The position numbers and the translations under genes were made by a program. The notes beneath the pieces are model-generated. The model did no database searches, was not told where the DNA came from, and saw only the letters and a list, made by a program, of their open reading frames with translations. From positions 3,488,001 to 3,552,000 of the forward strand of contig OZ243938.1 in assembly GCA_965214095.1 (NCBI GenBank): a stretch of DNA of 64,000 nt, read 5' to 3'. This document shows, piece after piece, positions 57,702 to 64,000 of the stretch (the first letter of the stretch is position 1; each line of letters opens with the position of its first letter). The stretch is from Candidatus Poribacteria bacterium. Its GTDB lineage: Bacteria > Poribacteria > WGA-4E > WGA-3G.

Positions 57702-60700
57702 ATGAATCTCAATACAATTTACGAATCTGACATTGAAGAAGCGACACTTGATTGGCTTGCTGACTTGGATTATACTGTTTTACACGGTCCTAACATCGCA
57801 CCAGACGTACCGAATGCTGAACGTTCTACTTACAAAGAAGTCATTTTGACGAACCGCCTACGAGAGGTCATTGCTCGCCTAAATCCAACAATTCCTGTCA
57901 ATGCACAGCAAGAAGCGTTCCGCAAAGTGTTTAATCCAGATTCTCCCGCTTTAGTACAGAACAACCGATCATTTCATCAGATGCTTGTCGGCGGTATAGA
58001 GGTTGAATATCGGACATCAGACGGGACGATACGCGGTGATCGCGTGCGGTTAATTGATTTTGATTCCCCAGAAAACAATGATTGGCTTGCAGTTAACCAG
58101 TTTACAGTAGTAGGAACAAGCAAATGTCGTCCAGACGTTGTGTTATTTATCAATGGCCTTCCATTAGCTGTCATAGAACTCAAAAACCCAACTGATGAAA
58201 AAGCCACTATCTTAACCGCGTATCATCAAATTCAGACTTATAAACAGGAAATATCAGCATTGTTCACTTACAACGAAGCGGTTGTTATCTCTGATGGATT
58301 AGAGGCGCGCATCGGGTCTTTAACAGCTGACATGGAGTGGTTTCTGCCGTGGCGCACAATTAAGGGAGAAGACGAAGCACCATCTACTGAATTAGAGTTA
58401 GAAATATTGATTAAAGGTGTTTTTGAAAAAAGTCGTTTTTTGAGTTATCTTAAGCATTTTATCGTTTTTGAAGAAACAGAGAGCGGAGCAATTGCCAAAA
58501 AGATTGCTGGGTATCACCAATTCCATGCTGTTCAAACAGCAGTAGAAGCAACACTAAAGGCATCAGGTGATGAGGGAGATCAACAGTGCGGTGTCGTTTG
58601 GCATACGCAAGGTTCCGGTAAGAGTTTGACGATGGCTTTTTACGCGGGCAGCATTATTCAACATCCGCAGATGGAAAACCCAACCCTTGTCGTCATCACT
58701 GATACAAACGACTTAGATGATCAACTCTTTGGAACATTTGCACGTTGCCACCAACTGCTGCGACAGACACCAGAACAAGCAGAAAATAGACGACACTTGC
58801 GTGAACTCCTTAAAGTTGCCTCTGGCGGCGTAGTCTTTACGACGGTTCAGAAGTTTTTCCCAGAAGGTGAGGAGACTCGTTTCCCGCAACTGTCTGACCG
58901 ACGAAATATCGTGGTAATTGCAGACGAAGCACACCGTAGCCAGTACGGCTTTATTGATGGGTTTGCCGCTCACATGCGCGATGCACTTCCGAGTGCCTCT
59001 TTTATCGGTTTTACCGGAACACCCATTGAACTCACTGATCGCAATACAGTTGCTGTCTTTGGAGAATACATAAGCACGTATGATATCCAACAAGCAGTTG
59101 ATGATGGAGCAACCGTGCCAATTTACTACGAGAGCCGTCTTGCAAAAATTGAACTTGACGAAGACGAAAAACCGCACATTGATCCCGAATTTGAGGAACT
59201 GACCGAGACAGAAGAGGTAACGGAAAAAGAAAAACTGAAAACTAAATGGGCGCAGCTTGAGGCATTGGTTGGGACAGAAAAACGCTTAAGACTCATCGCA
59301 GATGATATAATTGAACACTTTGGAGAACGGTTAGAAACGATAGATGGTAAAGGTATGATTGTCTGTATGAGTCGTCGTATCTGCGTTGACCTATACAATG
59401 CAATTATTCATCGATGTCCAGAATGGGACAACGATGATGATAAGGATGGCGAGATAAAAGTTGTGATGACAGGATCAGCTTCTGATGACACATCATGGCA
59501 ACCACATATCCGCAATAAAACACGACGAGAGGCATTGGCAACTCGATTTAAAAATCCCAAGGATCCGTTTAAACTTGTCATTGTCCGTGATATGTGGTTG
59601 ACCGGATTTGATGCACCAAGTCTTCACACGATGTATGTAGACAAACCGATGCGTGGACATGGACTGATGCAAGCAATTGCCCGTGTTAATCGTGTGTATG
59701 GTGATAAACCGGGCGGTTTGATAGTAGACTACATCGGTCTTGCTTACCATCTGAAACAAGCTCTAAACAATTACACAAAAAGTGGTGGAAAAGGAAAGGC
59801 TACTCTTGACAAAAATGAGGCAGTTGTGGTTATGATGGAAAAATACGAAATCTGCTGTAATTTGTTTCATGGGTTCGACTGGTCGTTGTGGACTACAGGG
59901 AACGCTGCAGATCAACTAAAATTGTTACCCGCAGCACAAGAACATATCCTGCAACAGAAGAATGGGAAAGAGCGTTTGCTTGAAAATGTGTCAGCACTAA
60001 CCAAGGCATTTGCCCTGGCTGTTCCAGATGAAAAAACAACCGAAATACGGGACGATGTCTCCTTTTTTCAAGCAGTGAGAAAGGTTTTAGCTAAACCATC
60101 AGCTACAGAAGAAGCACAGTGGGATGCCGCCGACCAAGCAATTAAACAGTTGGTTTCCAAAGCTGTTATTCCAGAAGGTGTAGTTGATATTTTCGCCACC
60201 GCTGGACTGGAAAAGCCTGATATCTCCATCCTCTCCGATGAATTCCTTGCAGAAGTGCAAGACCTTCCCCACAAAAACGTGGCAGTTGAACTCTTGGAAA
60301 AACTCCTTAGTGGTGAAATCAAAACGCGTTCACAGAAAAACGTTGTCCAAAGTCGTTCTTTTGCAGAAATGCTGGAACGATCAATCCGTTCCTACCAGAA
60401 CCGAACAGTTGAAGCGGCACAAGTAATTGAAGAACTTATTGAAATCGCAGGAGTGATGCGTCAAGCACAAGACCGAGGCGAGGAATTAGGATTGTCAGAA
60501 GAGGAATTAGCCTTTTATGATGCACTTGAAACTAACGACAGTGCAGTTCAAGTACTCGGTGATGAAAAACTACGTTCCATCGCTATTGAACTTGTAGATA
60601 CCGTTCGGAAAAGTGTGACTATTGACTGGACAATAAAAGAGAGTGTACGAGCAAATATACGTAGGTTGGTGAAGCGGACTCTTCGCAGACACGGTTATCC

Positions 60701-60776
60701 ACCTGATAAACAGGAAAAAGCTGCACAAACTGTTTTGGAACAAGCAGAAGTATTGTGTAAAGACTGGGAGATATAG
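57702..60776 (+). CDS. hsdR: Type I R-M restriction subunit
   Basis: [47 protein letters not shown]. Confidence 0.96.
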   Translation: MNLNTIYESDIEEATLDWLADLDYTVLHGPNIAPDVPNAERSTYKEVILTNRLREVIARLNPTIPVNAQQEAFRKVFNPDSPALVQNNRSFHQMLVGGIEVEYRTSDGTIRGDRVRLIDFDSPENNDWLAVNQFTVVGTSKCRPDVVLFINGLPLAVIELKNPTDEKATILTAYHQIQTYKQEISALFTYNEAVVISDGLEARIGSLTADMEWFLPWRTIKGEDEAPSTELELEILIKGVFEKSRFLSYLKHFIVFEETESGAIAKKIAGYHQFHAVQTAVEATLKASGDEGDQQCGVVWHTQGSGKSLTMAFYAGSIIQHPQMENPTLVVITDTNDLDDQLFGTFARCHQLLRQTPEQAENRRHLRELLKVASGGVVFTTVQKFFPEGEETRFPQLSDRRNIVVIADEAHRSQYGFIDGFAAHMRDALPSASFIGFTGTPIELTDRNTVAVFGEYISTYDIQQAVDDGATVPIYYESRLAKIELDEDEKPHIDPEFEELTETEEVTEKEKLKTKWAQLEALVGTEKRLRLIADDIIEHFGERLETIDGKGMIVCMSRRICVDLYNAIIHRCPEWDNDDDKDGEIKVVMTGSASDDTSWQPHIRNKTRREALATRFKNPKDPFKLVIVRDMWLTGFDAPSLHTMYVDKPMRGHGLMQAIARVNRVYGDKPGGLIVDYIGLAYHLKQALNNYTKSGGKGKATLDKNEAVVVMMEKYEICCNLFHGFDWSLWTTGNAADQLKLLPAAQEHILQQKNGKERLLENVSALTKAFALAVPDEKTTEIRDDVSFFQAVRKVLAKPSATEEAQWDAADQAIKQLVSKAVIPEGVVDIFATAGLEKPDISILSDEFLAEVQDLPHKNVAVELLEKLLSGEIKTRSQKNVVQSRSFAEMLERSIRSYQNRTVEAAQVIEELIEIAGVMRQAQDRGEELGLSEEELAFYDALETNDSAVQVLGDEKLRSIAIELVDTVRKSVTIDWTIKESVRANIRRLVKRTLRRHGYPPDKQEKAAQTVLEQAEVLCKDWEI

Positions 60777-60855
60777 TAGTTGGAATACGAATTCAATTTG
60801 TTAAATTTGTGTCCGTAAAATCTATCTTTGCACACATTTGTTTGTCAACAGGATG

Positions 60856-60922
60856 AGGCGAGGTTAGGAAACCTCGCCTACCGTTGATAGAAAGTGTAGA
60901 TATAATTCTATGCTTCACCATA
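60856..60922 (-). repeat. Family A REP plus conserved flank (second copy of 46329-46394)
   Basis: 60/66 nt identical to 46329-46394 by manual count. Confidence 0.85.
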
Positions 60923-61134
60923 ATTGGTAAAATTGGTAATTTTTTGATCGGAAAAACCCAGTCACAGACAAGATTCGTGTCCGGAAAAGATTACCAATTT
61001 CCTGAAAGTATCAACTAGAATATGAACAGTTGTGAAAATAACCAAACTGTCACGTAACTAGCATAAGTCGTCATTTTAGTATTATTTTCTATTGATTGAT
61101 AAACAACACTGCAACACCTTCCGTGGAGATAAAC

Positions 61135-62412
61135 ATGAATTTCAGTGATGAAGAAATTAAACGCCAAATGCGTTTAGGTGAAGACAGCCACTGGGAATTC
61201 AAGGAAATTGTGTTTTCTGAAAACAAACCCAAGAGTCCCGGCCGTGCCGATCTTGCAGACGAACTCGCTGCATTTGCAAATGCAGATGGTGGTGTAGTTC
61301 TATGTGGTGTGACCGATAATGGTGATGTTCAAGGCATGTCCCGCGAACAGATGGACAGATTGGAGATGCTCCTAGTTGAGATTTGCACTGATACTATTAA
61401 ACCCTCAATTCGTCCTACTATATTCCGAAAAGAAATTGAAGAAGGCAAACCTTTCCTCCTCATAGAAGTACCACAGGGATTTGCATTACACAATAGTCCG
61501 GGTGGCAGCTTTCACCGAGTTGGTAGTTCAAAACGCAAAATGACAACCGATGAACAATTGCGGCTTGCTCAACTGTGTTCTCAGGCACGTTTCGTCTGGT
61601 TCGACAAGCAACCCGTACCAGGAACAGGTTTCGGTTCATTGGATGAATCACTGTGGAAACCATTGCTCAGTGCCGAAGGTGCTACCGATCCTGAATTAGC
61701 ATTGGAGAAAATGGGGCTCCTTACGCACGATGAAAATGGCGTATTACGTGCAACCGTTTCAGGTGTATTATTGTGTACCCTTTCACCAGAAGAATGGTTA
61801 CCCAATGCCTATATTACTGCAACTTGTTATAGGGGAGAAGACCGTGCTTCTGGACAAATTGATAGCCAAACTATTACGGGACCACTTAACAAACAAATTG
61901 GTGAAGCAGTTGCCTTTGTAGTCCGTAACATGCGCGTCGGAGCATATAAGAATCCTGCCCGAACCGACCTGCCTCAATATAGCGAAAAAGCACTCTTTGA
62001 AGCAATTGTCAACGCCGTTGTACATAGAGACTACGCAATACATGGCAGCAAAATTCGGATTTCAATGTTTGCAGACCGTATCGAAATAAATTCACCTGGA
62101 GGGTTACCTAACAATCTAACGATTAATAGTATGGAAGTCCGACAATCAACTCGCAACGAAGCTCTTACTTCAATACTCGGAAGAATGCCCGTTGCGAAGA
62201 TACATGGTTCAGGTGACCGACAATTCTTCATGGAAAGACGTGGAGAGGGCGTACCAATTATTATACGAGATACGGAAGAGTTATGTGGTAAACAGCCAAA
62301 GTATAAACTCATTGATAATTCAGAACTTGTTCTTACAATTCCAGCAGCCAAGACAGATTCCTCACCCGCAGCCCGTTCATTTCCTTCCAGGGGAGGATTT
62401 ACACCTTACTGA
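61135..62412 (+). CDS. Schlafen/AlbA_2 domain + HATPase_c_4-like protein, probably C-terminally truncated
   Basis: GEDSHWEFK, AAFANADGG.V..GV.D, EAIVNAVVHRDY, I.SPG.LP, RN, ERRGEG; GGAG RBS. Confidence 0.82.
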   Translation: MNFSDEEIKRQMRLGEDSHWEFKEIVFSENKPKSPGRADLADELAAFANADGGVVLCGVTDNGDVQGMSREQMDRLEMLLVEICTDTIKPSIRPTIFRKEIEEGKPFLLIEVPQGFALHNSPGGSFHRVGSSKRKMTTDEQLRLAQLCSQARFVWFDKQPVPGTGFGSLDESLWKPLLSAEGATDPELALEKMGLLTHDENGVLRATVSGVLLCTLSPEEWLPNAYITATCYRGEDRASGQIDSQTITGPLNKQIGEAVAFVVRNMRVGAYKNPARTDLPQYSEKALFEAIVNAVVHRDYAIHGSKIRISMFADRIEINSPGGLPNNLTINSMEVRQSTRNEALTSILGRMPVAKIHGSGDRQFFMERRGEGVPIIIRDTEELCGKQPKYKLIDNSELVLTIPAAKTDSSPAARSFPSRGGFTPY

Positions 62413-62571
62413 TGCTAACGGAATCGAATTAATAGTACGTATTATTGCTATTGTCGGTAATTCGGCATTATTGGAATATTGTCCTGATACAAATGAGCGC
62501 AGCGATTGACTTAAATCACCTTGTTGACATTAATTTGATATATACATTTTGAAACATGAATTCATTCATCC

Positions 62572-62600
62572 TTGACAAAATCAATTGAATGCGTTACACT
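62572..62600 (+). promoter_or_regulatory. Sigma70-type promoter
   Basis: TTGACA-N17-TACACT upstream of the STAS gene. Confidence 0.6.
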
Positions 62601-62656
62601 AAACACAGTTTAAACTATTTCCGCATATATAAGCGGAAAAACTATGAGGGAGAAAT

Positions 62657-63010
62657 ATGTTAGCTGAAATTCGTAACAGAGAAGGTGTTATTGTTATCCG
62701 TCCGACTGGACGAATGATCGGGGCAGCAAACGTTGAACTTAGACAACAAATTCAGGAAGAACTTGAGGAATACTTTGATTCACCAAAGGTAATCTTCAAT
62801 CTTGAAGAAGTTACCCGAATGGATAGTAGTGGTTTGGGAACACTCGTTTCCGTTCACGTCACTATCACGCGAAAAGGTGGACGCACGGCTCTTGTCAAAG
62901 CAGGCGCGCATATCAGAAATCTACTCGTTCTTGGAAGGTTAGCGTCCGTTTTTGAAAGTTACGACACTGAAGAGGAAGCAATCCTTGAACTGAATGCAGA
63001 GAAAAGTTAA
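62657..63010 (+). CDS. STAS anti-sigma-factor antagonist
   Basis: MDSSGLGTL; close paralog of 10558-10905 (HVTITR.GGR, RLAS.FE). Confidence 0.92.
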   Translation: MLAEIRNREGVIVIRPTGRMIGAANVELRQQIQEELEEYFDSPKVIFNLEEVTRMDSSGLGTLVSVHVTITRKGGRTALVKAGAHIRNLLVLGRLASVFESYDTEEEAILELNAEKS

Positions 63011-63012
63011 AC

Positions 63013-63037
63013 TGTAGGATTAGTTACTCAACCTACA
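63013..63037 (+). terminator. Hairpin after the STAS gene (terminator or REP-like)
   Basis: TGTAGGATTAG...CTCAACCTACA followed by a pyrimidine-rich run. Confidence 0.45.
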
Positions 63038-63111
63038 CTTCTCTTTAGTTGACTGACTAAAGACATATTATATTCATATACTATTACGATTGAAGGATAT
63101 TAAGGAGATTT

Positions 63112-64000
63112 ATGGCAAATCAGAATTGCCTATCACTCACTGTCAACGCTGACAATCATGATAGGACTGGATGTCCTGTTGTTGTTGACCTTGACCATCC
63201 CAGTATTCACGAATATGCGAAACGTGATGTTATCCTAACGGATTCAGAAAATGGCGAGGTCGTTGCCGCACAATGCTACAAAAGTGATGACAAAAAGTCT
63301 ACGACTTTAGCATGGATACTTAACGATCTTCCCGCTGGTGCCTCACGGACCTATATGCTTTCAGAGGGTGGTATTAACACAGACACAGGTGTTGAATTAG
63401 AATATGGCACGGAAACAATTGATGTTACTCTAAACGGTAGACCTTTTACCACGTTTCGGTATGGATCAGAGCAGTTCCGTCCCTATTTCTTTCCTGTACT
63501 GGGACCGAATGGCCGTGAAGTAACACGCGGTGAAACAAGCGACATCTCAAAAGATCACGTTCATCACCGTTCACTCTACGTTGCTTATGGGGAAGTCAAT
63601 GATGTTGACTTATGGGGTGAAGGTAGCAATTGCGGCAGAGTTGTACATCAAGGTTTTACACAAAAACATGGTGGGGCAGTTGTCAGTAGAATTTATGCTG
63701 AAAACAACTGGGAAACGAAAGATGGCAAAGTCTTGATGAAAGATAAGCAACATTTTCGTATTTACAATTTGTCTGAAAAAGATACTATATTCGACCTTGA
63801 TTTGAGTTTTACTGCCTCTGAGGGTGATGTCCATTTTGGTGATACCAAAGAGGGTGGCATCATGTGCATTCGGGTACATCCATCCATGAACGCATCTGAT
63901 GGTGGAAAGATTGAAAACGCTTTCGGTGGGATCGATGAATCTGAAACTTGGGGGAAACGCGCGAACTGGTGTGATTATTCTGGTATTGTTGAAGGAACAC
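63112..64000 (+). CDS. PmoA-like/DUF6807 family protein (partial, runs off the window; not in the ORF track)
   Basis: AAGGAG RBS; manual translation MANQNC...RPYFFPV.GP.G..VTR...DHVHHRSL...GDTKEGG...WGKRANWCDYSG has no stop. Confidence 0.8.
   Translation, partial: MANQNCLSLTVNADNHDRTGCPVVVDLDHPSIHEYAKRDVILTDSENGEVVAAQCYKSDDKKSTTLAWILNDLPAGASRTYMLSEGGINTDTGVELEYGTETIDVTLNGRPFTTFRYGSEQFRPYFFPVLGPNGREVTRGETSDISKDHVHHRSLYVAYGEVNDVDLWGEGSNCGRVVHQGFTQKHGGAVVSRIYAENNWETKDGKVLMKDKQHFRIYNLSEKDTIFDLDLSFTASEGDVHFGDTKEGGIMCIRVHPSMNASDGGKIENAFGGIDESETWGKRANWCDYSGIVEGT

Noticed and set aside
50288-62509. Prophage or integrative element carrying the R-M locus
   Set aside because: No integrase, tRNA attachment site or phage structural genes were seen.
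279-63879. Numerous 60-180 aa ORFs antisense to or nested in called genes (e.g. 22765-23157, 46968-47522, 58713-59177)
   Set aside because: These are shadow frames of well-supported genes, with no independent RBS or motifs.
63112-64000. Particulate methane monooxygenase
   Set aside because: The 'PmoA' family label applies to a soluble beta-rich DUF6807-like protein; there are no TM helices and no pmoCB context.

Overview
A bacterial chromosomal window of roughly 40% GC (my estimate). It is most likely Candidatus Poribacteria, inferred from the LamG protein with a C-terminal 'VE..KL.T.WG.LK' tail, two sulfatases, a PhyH dioxygenase and several lineage-typical small proteins. From left to right it contains: (1) 1-7.7 kb, an unusual type II PKS/FAS-like operon (fused KS plus CLF-like protein, ACP, GcvT-like protein, FabZ-like dehydratase, beta-propeller lipoprotein) headed by a tandemly duplicated lipoprotein with a near-identical core and divergent hydrophobic C-termini; (2) PhyH, HAD, SnoaL and CADD-like genes; (3) an Rsb-type partner-switching locus (3 STAS proteins, USP, PAS kinase, response regulator, REC-PP2C, RsbW), with a fourth STAS gene near 62.7 kb; (4) mixed metabolic genes and hflKC; (5) a housekeeping run rpsF-ssb-rpsR-rplI-dnaB-mlaEFD-radA-PIN/TRAM-ispD-ispF-cysS...dprA-accA; (6) a type I R-M locus with a TIR/SEFIR protein, a TIR/SEFIR-ABC ATPase fusion and a TOPRIM-like DUF4276 gene between hsdS and hsdR, followed by a truncated Schlafen/AlbA gene. 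Intergenic regions carry several GTAG-type REP families and MITEs, one with a clean 8-bp target duplication. I saw no rRNA, tRNA, CRISPR array, integrase or transposase. The best candidates for undescribed systems are the R-M-embedded TIR-ATPase-TOPRIM module and the KS/ACP/GcvT cluster with its polymorphic lipoprotein. All family assignments come from motif recognition by eye; no searches were run.
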